Origin: Candidatus Eiseniibacteriota bacterium | Lineage (GTDB): Bacteria; Eisenbacteria; RBG-16-71-46; JABDJR01 | Direction: 5' to 3' | DNA length: 64,000 nt | Assembly: GCA_963783375.1 (NCBI GenBank) | Contig: CAWANH010000029.1 | Coordinates: 384,001 to 448,000, forward strand | Notes under the pieces: generated by a model | What the model saw: only the letters and a program-made list of their open reading frames with translations | Database searches by the model: none | What the model was told of the DNA's origin: nothing | Position numbers and translations under genes: made by a program | In this document: one piece after another, positions 55,836 through 64,000 of the stretch | How positions within the stretch are numbered: the first letter of the stretch is position 1 | Layout of the letters: the number at the start of each line of letters is the position of its first letter

Positions 55836-57343
55836 AGTCGCCGCTCGCATCGCGGCCGCTTCCGGACCCGGTCCCCGAGCGCCTGTACGCCGATAGCCCC
55901 GGCCCCAAACACCTTGCCGCAGAACTCCTGGACCGCTGGCGGGAGAGCCTGGGACGTTGGGACGCTCCCGGTCCGGTCCGCGCCGCTCTCGACCGGCTGG
56001 CCGATCCGGAGACCGCGGTGGTGGTGACCGGACAGCAGCCCGGGGTCTGGGGAGGGCCGCTCTACTGCGTGTACAAGGCGGCCACCGCGGTCGAGACCGC
56101 CCGGCGGATCCAGGCCGAGACCGGCCGCACCGCGGTGGCGGTGTTCTGGATCAACGCCGACGACACCGACTGGGACGAGGTGGGGTGGGGAACCCTGCCG
56201 CGGCCCGACCTCGATCTCTACCGCACCCGCTGGAAGACCTCGCCGGTGGGTTCCCGGCGCTGGGTGGGCGGGGCCCGGCTCGCCCGTCCCGAGGGGGCGG
56301 GCGAACTGTTCGCGGCCTGGGGCGGCGGGGGACCGCTTCTCGGCGCCCCGATCACCGAGGAGCCGGCGGAACTGGGCGATTCCTTCGCCCGCGGTCTCCT
56401 GACCTGGTTCGGTGATCGCGGCCTCATCCCCCTGGATGCCCGCTGGCCCGAGGTGCGGGCGGGTGGGGAGCGACTCTGGTCGCGTTACCTCCCGCGTCAC
56501 TCGGCCATCGCGGGCGAGGTGCTGGCCGAGGGGGAAGCCCTGGCGGCGGGGAGCGGCGCGCCCTCCCTGGACGCTGAGGCGGCCGACCACGGGCTGTTCC
56601 TGCTCGAGGGGGACCGCCGCATGGAAATCGACCCGGACACCTGGGACGCCGAAGTGGGAGCGCGGCTGGAGGCGGGACGGGCCGCGGAACTCGCGCCCTC
56701 GGTGCTCCTTCGGGCGCCGCTCCAGGATCATCTGTTCGGCACCGTCGCCCACGTGGTGGGGAAGGGCGAGGCCGCCTACCTCCGCCAGCTGGCCCCGGTC
56801 TACCAGGCGCTCTTGATCCCTCCTCCGATCCGCCTTCCGCGGCTCCACGCCACCCTGGTTCCCGAGGGGCTCCTTCCCCTCGAGCGGGCGGCGGGGATCC
56901 TCGTCGATCCCGAGAGCTGGCTGGCCGAGCGGGCCCGGGAGCGGGTTCCCGATCGCGCGCTCCGCATCCTGGGGGAGGCGCGCGGCGGCGTGGCCGACCG
57001 GCTGCGCGATTTCGCCGAGGCTTCGGCGGAGTTCCAGAAGGACGTGGGGGACCTCGCCGAGTCCGCCCGCCGCAAGATCGACGGCCAGCTCTCCCGGCTG
57101 GAGGAGAGCCTGGACCGGCGGGCCCGCCAGGATCTCTACCGGGACGAGCCGGCGCTCCGCGGGCTCCCCGAGTTCCTCCGCCCGCGGCGGGAAGACCAGG
57201 ATCGGGGTCTCTCCGGCGCCACCCTGGCCCTGGCCTGGGGCGATGAGGCCCCCCGGCGGGTGCTCGCCTCGGCCCGGGCCCACCTCGACCGGCTGGCCGA
57301 GGGAACGCTCCACCACTTTGTCCTGGAGGGTCCCCGTGTCTGA
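55832..57343 (+). CDS. bshC: Bacillithiol cysteine-adding enzyme BshC
   Basis: VVTGQQPG..GGPLY..YKA, VFW...DD.D.DEV, L.PSVLLR..LQD, G.GE.AY..QL; bsh context. Confidence 0.85.
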   Translation: MKSPLASRPLPDPVPERLYADSPGPKHLAAELLDRWRESLGRWDAPGPVRAALDRLADPETAVVVTGQQPGVWGGPLYCVYKAATAVETARRIQAETGRTAVAVFWINADDTDWDEVGWGTLPRPDLDLYRTRWKTSPVGSRRWVGGARLARPEGAGELFAAWGGGGPLLGAPITEEPAELGDSFARGLLTWFGDRGLIPLDARWPEVRAGGERLWSRYLPRHSAIAGEVLAEGEALAAGSGAPSLDAEAADHGLFLLEGDRRMEIDPDTWDAEVGARLEAGRAAELAPSVLLRAPLQDHLFGTVAHVVGKGEAAYLRQLAPVYQALLIPPPIRLPRLHATLVPEGLLPLERAAGILVDPESWLAERARERVPDRALRILGEARGGVADRLRDFAEASAEFQKDVGDLAESARRKIDGQLSRLEESLDRRARQDLYRDEPALRGLPEFLRPRREDQDRGLSGATLALAWGDEAPRRVLASARAHLDRLAEGTLHHFVLEGPRV

Positions 57344-58055
57344 CGTCCTCGCCATCGCCCCCCATCCCGACGACATCGAGCTTTCCGCCGGAGGCACGGT
57401 GGCGCGGTTGGCCGCCGCCGGGCGCTCGGTGGTGATGGTGGATCTCACCGCGGGGGAGCGCGCGACCCGCGGCACCCCGGCGATCCGGGCCGGGGAAGCG
57501 GCGGCCGCCGCCGACGCCCTGGGGGCGGCGGGGCGCGAGGGGCTGGGGTTTCCCGACGGCGGTCTCTCCCGGCGGGACCCCGATCAGATGAAGGCGGTGG
57601 TGGAGGCGATCCGTCGCCACCGTCCGCGGCTCCTGATCGGGATGCACTGGAACGACGACCATCCGGACCACGTGGAGGCGGGGAGGATGGTGCGCCGGGC
57701 CGCTTACCTGGCCGGTCTCCGGAACTTCCCCGAGCCGGGCCGGGAGCCCCACCGGCCGGCGCGCGTGCTCTTCGCCATGGGACGGCGCCCGTTCGTTCCC
57801 TCCCTGGTGGTGGACGTTACCGCCGCCTACGACACCAAGCGCCGGGCGGTTGAGGCCTATCGAAGCCAGTTCCATCGCGAACCCGGCGATGCGCTGGTGA
57901 CCCCGATCTCCGAACCGGAGTTCCTCCTCCGGATCGAGGCTCGCGACCGGTACTTCGGAGGGATGATCGGGGCCCGGTTCGGCGAGCCCTTCTTCGAGGT
58001 GGGACCGGTGGCGGTCCGGACGGCGGCGGCGCTCATGGAGGAGGACCCGCATTGA
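57336..58055 (+). CDS. bshB1: N-acetylglucosaminyl-malate deacetylase
   Basis: LAI.PHPDD.EL..GGT, DLT.GE..TRGT, HPDH, AY.SQF, R...FG...G....E.F. Confidence 0.9.
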   Translation: MSDVLAIAPHPDDIELSAGGTVARLAAAGRSVVMVDLTAGERATRGTPAIRAGEAAAAADALGAAGREGLGFPDGGLSRRDPDQMKAVVEAIRRHRPRLLIGMHWNDDHPDHVEAGRMVRRAAYLAGLRNFPEPGREPHRPARVLFAMGRRPFVPSLVVDVTAAYDTKRRAVEAYRSQFHREPGDALVTPISEPEFLLRIEARDRYFGGMIGARFGEPFFEVGPVAVRTAAALMEEDPH

Positions 58056-59164
58056 GAGTCGGAATTTCCTGCTATCCCACCGAGGGGGGGAGCGGGGTGG
58101 TGGCCACCGAACTGGGCAAGGCCCTGGCCCGCCGAGGGCACCAGGTGCACTTCATGACCTCGAGCGTGCCGGTCCGGCTCCGGAGCTTCGAGGAGAACAT
58201 CTTCTTCCACGAAGTGCGCCCCGAGAACTACCCCGTGTTCCTGTACCCACCCTATTCCTTGTCCCTGGCCGCAAAAATGGCCGAGGTGGCCACGGCCTAC
58301 GATCTGGACGTCATTCACGCCCACTACGCCATGCCCCACGCCGCCTGCGCCTACCTGGCCCAGCGCATGCTACGGAAGCAGAAGGTGAAGACGGTGACCA
58401 CCCTCCACGGCACCGACATCACCCTGGTGGGGCAGGCCCCGTCCTTCTACCCGGTCACCAAGTTCTCGATCGAGGAGTCGGACGCGGTGACCGCGGTGAG
58501 CGCGTGGTTGCGCGACGAGACCCATCGGATCTTCCACACCGACCGTCCCATCCACGTGATCCCCAATTTCGTGGACAGCGACACCTTCCATCCCGGACGG
58601 AGCCGGGCCAAGCGATGCCAGCTGGCCGCCGATGACGAGAAGATCATCCTCCACATCTCCAATTTCCGGCCGGTCAAGAACCTGCCCGCGGTGGTGCAGG
58701 TGCTGGAAGGCGTGCGCCGCCGGGTCCCCGCCCGGTTGGTGATGGTGGGGGACGGCCCCGAGCGGATCCCCACCGAACGCCTGGCGCGGGACCTCGGACT
58801 GGCCGAGCACGTGGCGTTCCTGGGAAACCAGGAGTTCGTCGAGGACATCCTGCCCCTGGCCGACGTCTACCTGCTTCCCTCCCTCCACGAGAGTTTCGGG
58901 CTCACCGTGCTGGAGGCGATGGCGGTGGGGGTGCCGGTCATGGCCACCAACGTGGGGGGGACGCGCGAAGTGGTGGTGGACGAGACGACCGGATTTCTTC
59001 GCGATCCCCACGACGTGGAGGGGATGGTGGCCGCGCTGGTGCGGCTCTTCACCGACCCGTCCCTGGCGAAGCGCATTTCCGAGGCCGCGACGGCCCGGAC
59101 CCGGGAGCACTTCCAGGTGGAGCACATCCTGCCCCGCTACCTGGAGGTCTACGGGGATTGCTGA
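58052..59164 (+). CDS. bshA: N-acetyl-alpha-D-glucosaminyl L-malate synthase
   Basis: GI.CYPT.GGSGVVATELG, YPPY.L.LA, HAHYA.PHA, TTLHGTDITLVG, HISNFRPVK, ESFGL. Confidence 0.95.
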   Translation: MRVGISCYPTEGGSGVVATELGKALARRGHQVHFMTSSVPVRLRSFEENIFFHEVRPENYPVFLYPPYSLSLAAKMAEVATAYDLDVIHAHYAMPHAACAYLAQRMLRKQKVKTVTTLHGTDITLVGQAPSFYPVTKFSIEESDAVTAVSAWLRDETHRIFHTDRPIHVIPNFVDSDTFHPGRSRAKRCQLAADDEKIILHISNFRPVKNLPAVVQVLEGVRRRVPARLVMVGDGPERIPTERLARDLGLAEHVAFLGNQEFVEDILPLADVYLLPSLHESFGLTVLEAMAVGVPVMATNVGGTREVVVDETTGFLRDPHDVEGMVAALVRLFTDPSLAKRISEAATARTREHFQVEHILPRYLEVYGDC

Positions 59165-59847
59165 GACGGCCCCTTGATTCCCGCGGCGGCGAGGACGGCG
59201 AAGGCGGTGTTCCGGCCCGGAGCGCCGGCCGATCCCCGATGGGAGTGCAGGAGGTGCTGATGGCACCGGGTACAGGGACCGGGTGCGGAAATCGATCGCT
59301 CCGCCACCCCGGCGCGAGCGAGGCGTGCCCGGGCCTCGGCCCGAAGATCCACGTGAGGGCGGCGGCCGGGGCGGAGAAGCACCGCCGCGTCGTCGAAGCG
59401 CGTCGCCACCTCCGGACCCACCTCGAAACAGCACGGTCCGATGGCCGGGCCGAGGATGGCGTGGAGGGTATCCGGACGATGAAAGCGGGCGACCGCGTTT
59501 TCCAGCACCCCTCCCACCAGGCCCCGCCAGCCCGCGTGGATCATCGCCGCCGCGCCGTCGGGGGAGGCGAGAAGCACCGGGAGGCAGTCGGCCACGCGCA
59601 CCGCGATCAGCAGACCCGGGGTCCGGGTGAGGACCCCGTCACAGGCGGGAACGATCCCGGCCGCCTCCGCGTCCCGGACCACGGTCCCGTGCACCTGCTC
59701 CAGGCGGACCCGGGGCCGACCGGCAAGTGGTCCGGGCGCTCCGGGGCGGAGGGCCCGGCCGACCACCCCGAAATCCGCGATACCCGGGGGGAGCGGCCGG
59801 TGGCGCAGCACGAGAACGTCTTCCTCACAGCTCCAGGTCCAGCTCAT
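59149..59847 (-). CDS. pgeF: PgeF/YfiH (purine nucleoside phosphorylase / polyphenol oxidase) family protein
   Basis: QVHG, DGV.T, VADCLPV, HAGWRG, GPAIGPCCFEV, CT.C....SHR. Confidence 0.88.
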   Translation of the reverse strand: MSWTWSCEEDVLVLRHRPLPPGIADFGVVGRALRPGAPGPLAGRPRVRLEQVHGTVVRDAEAAGIVPACDGVLTRTPGLLIAVRVADCLPVLLASPDGAAAMIHAGWRGLVGGVLENAVARFHRPDTLHAILGPAIGPCCFEVGPEVATRFDDAAVLLRPGRRPHVDLRAEARARLARAGVAERSISAPGPCTRCHQHLLHSHRGSAGAPGRNTAFAVLAAAGIKGPSQQSP

Positions 59848-61765
59848 GACCGCCGAGCATAGCAACCGCGGCCCCAAGCGGTCCTGGTGGATGGACCCCT
59901 GGGTGTGGGCGGTGTTCGTGCTTGCCCTGGCGCTTCGGCTCCTCTACCTGACCGATCTCCGGCACACCCCCTTCTTCGACCATCCCCAGATGGATGCGCT
60001 CTATCACGACCAATGGGCCCGCCGGCTGGCCGCGGGGGATTGGGTGGGGGACGGGGTCTTCTTCCGCGCTCCGCTCTACCCGTACTTCCTGGGAGCGGTC
60101 TACGCGATCTTCGGGCCGAATGCCGTGGTGGTGCGCCTCATCCAGTTCGGGATCGGGGCCGGTACCGCGCTGTTGACCGCGGCCTTCGCCTATCCCCGCT
60201 TCGGACGCTTTGCTGCGGTGGCCGCAGGACTCCTGGTGGCTCTTCACGGCCCGTCGATCTACTTCGAGGGGGAACTCCTCCTGGTCGTCCTGGAGGCGCC
60301 GCTGTTTCTCATCGCCGCCTGGTCCCTGGACCGGGCGGTGACCCGGGGGACGGTCCGGTCCTGGCTCGGGGCCGGCGCCGCGGCGGGGGTGGCCGCCCTG
60401 GTGCGACCGACCATCCTCGCGCTGGCCCCGGTGGTCGCGGTCTACCTCCTGGCCCGGCGGGGGCGGCGGGGGCTTCGGCCCGCCGTGCTCTATGCCTCCG
60501 CGGTGCTGCTCGCCGTCTCCCCGGTCCTGGTCCGGAACTACGCGGTGGGACGGGACCTGGTGCCGGTGGCTTCCCAGGGAGGATTGAACTTCTACCTGGG
60601 GAACAACCCCGCCTCCGACGGGATGGCCGCTATCGCCCCGCAGTTCCGCCGGACCTGGGAAGGCCAGATCCACGACTCCGCCCGGGCGGCCGAGCTGGCG
60701 ATGGGACGGCCCCTGAAGCCGTCGGAGATTTCCCGGTACTGGTACCGGGAGGCGGCGGCCTGGATGATCCACGACCCCGGGGCCTTCCTCCGGCTCGAGC
60801 TCCGGAAGCTCGGCTACTTCTGGGACGCCTTCGAGATCCCCAACAACCAGGATTACTATTTTTTCTCCCGACTGACTAGAATATTTCGAGTCCCTATTCT
60901 CTCCGGGTTCGGGATTCTGGGTCCCCTGGCCCTGGCCGGCCTCGTGCTGGGACTCATCCGCCGGCGCCTGCCCTTCGCCTGGGTGGCGGTGCCGGCGGTC
61001 CTGGGCCTGGTGATCGTGGCCTTCTTCGTGTGCGGCCGGTACCGCGCGCCGTTGACCCCTCTCCTCGCGATCTGGGGCGGCTACGGGCTGGCCGACGCGG
61101 TAACCCTGATCCGCGGCGGCCGGCGGCCCCGATTCCTGGTCTACGCCGCGGTGCTCATTCTCTCCTCCTGGGCCCTCAACGCCGATCTTCTCCACAACCG
61201 CCTCCATCACTCCTACGCAGAGTCCTACCTCCGTCTCTCCATCTTCCACGCCAAGATGGGGGAATCCGCCGAGGCCTTCGCCGCCTGCAAGACCTCGATC
61301 ATGGTCGACCCCGGCTTCGCCGACGGCTGGAACAATCTGGGGGTCCTGGAGGCCCGGCGGGGGACCCTGGACGCGGCCCGCGAGGACTTCACCACCGCGG
61401 TGCTCCTGAACCCCGTCCATCCCAAGGCCCTGGGGAACCTGGCCGCGCTGGCTCTTCGCGAGGGGAAACCGGCCGAGGCGGATTCCCTGGCCCGGCGCAC
61501 CCTCGCCGCCGCGATGCACGCCCCCGAAGCGCTCATGAACGCCGGGGTCGTCCTGGGTAACCTGGGCCGTTTCCCCGAGGCCCTCGCCGCGTTCCATCGG
61601 GTGGTGGAACTGGAGCCGGAAAACGCGGCCGGCCGGGTGGGGGAAGCCCGGGCCCTGACCGCGCTCGGGCGGCGGCAGGAGGCCCGGCGCGTCCTGGAGG
61701 AGCTTCCTCCGGAGAAACGGACCCCGGACGCCACCCGTCTCCTGAAGGAGTTGAACGCGTCGTGA
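59846..61765 (+). CDS. Second ArnT/PMT-like (GT-C) membrane glycosyltransferase with C-terminal TPRs (start 59846 or 59891)
   Basis: MDALYHD, FRAPLYPYFL, QGGLNFYLGNN, FEIPNN, FFVC.RYR, TPRs (WNNLG). Confidence 0.8.
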   Translation: MTAEHSNRGPKRSWWMDPWVWAVFVLALALRLLYLTDLRHTPFFDHPQMDALYHDQWARRLAAGDWVGDGVFFRAPLYPYFLGAVYAIFGPNAVVVRLIQFGIGAGTALLTAAFAYPRFGRFAAVAAGLLVALHGPSIYFEGELLLVVLEAPLFLIAAWSLDRAVTRGTVRSWLGAGAAAGVAALVRPTILALAPVVAVYLLARRGRRGLRPAVLYASAVLLAVSPVLVRNYAVGRDLVPVASQGGLNFYLGNNPASDGMAAIAPQFRRTWEGQIHDSARAAELAMGRPLKPSEISRYWYREAAAWMIHDPGAFLRLELRKLGYFWDAFEIPNNQDYYFFSRLTRIFRVPILSGFGILGPLALAGLVLGLIRRRLPFAWVAVPAVLGLVIVAFFVCGRYRAPLTPLLAIWGGYGLADAVTLIRGGRRPRFLVYAAVLILSSWALNADLLHNRLHHSYAESYLRLSIFHAKMGESAEAFAACKTSIMVDPGFADGWNNLGVLEARRGTLDAAREDFTTAVLLNPVHPKALGNLAALALREGKPAEADSLARRTLAAAMHAPEALMNAGVVLGNLGRFPEALAAFHRVVELEPENAAGRVGEARALTALGRRQEARRVLEELPPEKRTPDATRLLKELNAS

Positions 61766-62334
61766 GCCTCGACCACGCCCTCTTTCGTCTCATCAATCTC
61801 TCGTGGGGGCTCGACGCCCTGGCTCCGGTCATGAAGGTGCTGTCGAACCCCCTCTACTGGCTCCCGGTCATGGTGGGGCTCATCGCCTGGATGCTCCTTC
61901 GGGACGGACGCCACGGCCGGATCACCCTCCTCGTTCTCCTGCTCCTGGTCCCGGCCACCGACCAGATCTCGAGCCATCTCCTGAAGCCGCTGGTGCACCG
62001 CCCGCGGCCTTGTCGGGCGGAGGCGGCCATCGCAGGGGTGAAGAACCACGGCGCGCACTGCTCCAGTTCCGGCTCCTTTCCCTCATCCCATGCCTTCAAC
62101 ATTGCCGGGCTGGCGGTGTTCCTGGCCCTTCGGCACCGGAAGTGGGCGGTTCCCGCCGCGCTGATTGCGATCGGGGTGGGCTACAGCCGGGTCTACCTGG
62201 GCGTCCACTACCCGTCGGACGTGCTGGGAGGCTGGGCCATGGGGTCGGCGATGGGGTGGGGGGCGGCCCGGCTGGCGGCCCGGCTGGATCGCGGCCGGGC
62301 CGCCCCGAGTCAACCGACCGATTCGGTGGCTTGA
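61762..62334 (+). CDS. PAP2 family phosphatase (undecaprenyl-PP/lipid phosphatase-like)
   Basis: K....RPRP, SFPSSHA, SRVYLGVHYPSDV..G. Confidence 0.92.
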   Translation: MSLDHALFRLINLSWGLDALAPVMKVLSNPLYWLPVMVGLIAWMLLRDGRHGRITLLVLLLLVPATDQISSHLLKPLVHRPRPCRAEAAIAGVKNHGAHCSSSGSFPSSHAFNIAGLAVFLALRHRKWAVPAALIAIGVGYSRVYLGVHYPSDVLGGWAMGSAMGWGAARLAARLDRGRAAPSQPTDSVA

Positions 62335-62359
62335 CGCCGGACCCGAATCCCAATAGACT
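62331..62359 (+). promoter_or_regulatory. sigma70-type promoter TTGACG-17-TAGACT
   Basis: -35 overlaps the PAP2 stop codon; 17-nt spacer. Confidence 0.6.
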
Positions 62360-62425
62360 GGAGTTTGACGGGGTTGGAATTCGAATTGGATAGACGACCC
62401 GCTGCCTGAGGGTCACCGTCACCAG

Positions 62426-64000
62426 ATGAACCTGTCAACCGCCCGGCCGGGCGAAACCTGGGTGCGGCGCTTCAAGCGACAGCTTGCCCCCTCGGTCCCG
62501 CCTCTTCCCGTGAACCCCCGGCTCATGATGCTCCTCATCCTGGCTCTTTCCGCGTTTTCCCCCTCCCGGGCATGGACGGCGGAGGCGACGCCGACCTTGG
62601 CGGGACCGCTAACGCCGGCCCCGGCGTGGCTCGACCTGCCCCCCACCCAGCAACGGCTCTGGGAAGATCAGGGGTTGGGCCGCCCCGCCGCTCATCTCCT
62701 GGGGCAGAGCGACCTCCGGGCCGCGGGCATGGTCACCACCCTCCGGGTGGTGGCGATCCTGATCGACTTTCCCGATGTGGCCGCCGACACCGAGGCGCAC
62801 CCGCCCGAGTACTACCGGAAGCTCCTCTTCAGCCGCAACGAGCTTCCCGGAGGTTCGGTGGCCGACTTCCTGTACGAGTCCTCTCATGGCCGGCTCGAGT
62901 TCACCGGGGAAGTGCGTGGCTGGTTCACCGCCTCCTCGAAGCACACCGATTACACCCAGGGGCAGGGAGGGCTGGGCCGGCTCTACCCCAACAACTCGCA
63001 GTTCCTGGCCGAGGAGGCCATTCACCTCGCCGACCCCACCATCAACTTCGCGTACTTCGACGACGAGGGGCCGGACGGCGTCCCCGACTCCGGGGACGAC
63101 GACGAGACCATCGACGGCATCGTGATCATTCATGCCGGCGGCGGGGACGAGCTCCGCTATCGGCCCGATGAGTTCACCGCGGTCCACTGGTGGACGGTGG
63201 CCCCGATCCCGGTGGACGGCGTGTTCGGGCGGTACTTCACCATGAATCCCGAAGACGGGGGGATCGGGATCTTCTGCCACGAGCTCGGCCACCTGATGGG
63301 GCTCCCCGATCTGTACGACAAGGTTTCCCCGCCCAGCGCAGGTATCGGACAGTGGTCGCTCATGTGCGGGGGAATCTCGGTCGGGGCGGCGGGGATTCCG
63401 GTGGATTTCGATGCGTGGTCGAAGATCCGGCTGGGGTTCGTGAACGTGGTGCCTGTCTTCTACGATCGGGACCGGGCGGTCATTCCTCCCAGTTCGGCCA
63501 CGGACAAGGTGTATCGCCTGTGGGGGAACGGAACCAACGGATCGGAGTACTTCCTTCTCGAGAACCGCCGGAAGTCCGGACTGGATCGGGCCCTCCCCGG
63601 GGAGGGGATCATGATCTACCACATCGACGACCGGGTACCGGGCAACGACAGCGCCGAACACTACAAGGTGGCTCTCGAGCAGGCGGACGGTCTCTACCAG
63701 CTCGAGGGGAGAACCGGCTTCATCAACTATGGGGACGCGGGCGATCCGTTTCACGCGGGTGACGTGTTCGCGGCCTACACCCAACCTCCCAGCACCGCCT
63801 ACAACGGCACCGACACCTATGTTTCGGTTTTCGGCATCGAGGGGCCGGATCCCGACGGGACGATGACCGCGAACCTCCACGTGGAGCCCGGACCGGTGGT
63901 CGAGGTGAGCGCGGTGAACATGATCGAGCTGGAGGGAAACGGGGATGGGCTGGTCACCGCCGGCGAGACCGCGGGGATCCTGCCGCGCATCACGGTGTCG
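62426..64000 (+). CDS. Secreted M6 family (immune inhibitor A-like) metalloprotease, 3' truncated by window edge; start uncertain; absent from ORF track
   Basis: Open frame to the window end: LRVVAILIDFPD, IIHAG.G, GIFCHELGHLMGLPDLYD (about 63265-63320), WSLM.GG, EYFLLENR. Confidence 0.9.
   Translation, partial: MNLSTARPGETWVRRFKRQLAPSVPPLPVNPRLMMLLILALSAFSPSRAWTAEATPTLAGPLTPAPAWLDLPPTQQRLWEDQGLGRPAAHLLGQSDLRAAGMVTTLRVVAILIDFPDVAADTEAHPPEYYRKLLFSRNELPGGSVADFLYESSHGRLEFTGEVRGWFTASSKHTDYTQGQGGLGRLYPNNSQFLAEEAIHLADPTINFAYFDDEGPDGVPDSGDDDETIDGIVIIHAGGGDELRYRPDEFTAVHWWTVAPIPVDGVFGRYFTMNPEDGGIGIFCHELGHLMGLPDLYDKVSPPSAGIGQWSLMCGGISVGAAGIPVDFDAWSKIRLGFVNVVPVFYDRDRAVIPPSSATDKVYRLWGNGTNGSEYFLLENRRKSGLDRALPGEGIMIYHIDDRVPGNDSAEHYKVALEQADGLYQLEGRTGFINYGDAGDPFHAGDVFAAYTQPPSTAYNGTDTYVSVFGIEGPDPDGTMTANLHVEPGPVVEVSAVNMIELEGNGDGLVTAGETAGILPRITVS

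Overview
64 kb of core-genome-type chromosome from a very GC-rich bacterium (roughly 70% GC by eye). It is diderm (LapA/LapB, outer-membrane beta-barrel, lipoproteins). A FlgD-Ig/T9SS-type C-terminal domain on a secreted protease, a long GreA and bacillithiol genes suggest an FCB-affiliated candidate lineage such as Eisenbacteria, Krumholzibacteriota or Latescibacterota (inference). Content: aromatic operon aroE-trpE-trpF-trpB-trpA-tyrA(frameshifted)-aroF; atypical kinase; two paralogous GT-C+TPR membrane proteins; glutaryl-CoA dehydrogenase; NYN protein; ApbC; CarD with an H1-like N-terminal tail; Lon-like protease; Na+/solute symporter; tRNA-Leu(CAA) and tRNA-Ala(GGC); class I aldolase; scpAB-pheA; hisC-aroA-cmk-rpsA-mtaB-miaB-lapAB-SPOR-mutS; S8 and M6 proteases; trxA; and a methyltransferase-bshC-bshB1-bshA operon. 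I saw no mobile elements, CRISPR arrays or rRNA. The strongest hidden signal is a probable exported selenoprotein at 16748-17758: a UshA-like metallophosphoesterase fold with a C-T-U motif, an in-frame UGA and a SECIS-like hairpin, which the ORF track splits in two. Other highlights: PheA with a degenerate dehydratase domain, a candidate N-methyl-bacillithiol operon, a 40-aa membrane protein upstream of the symporter, a sigma54-type promoter before a structured orphan region, and promoter-driven structured RNAs (one exposing an anti-Shine-Dalgarno sequence). All calls come from motif recognition and hand folding; no searches were run.
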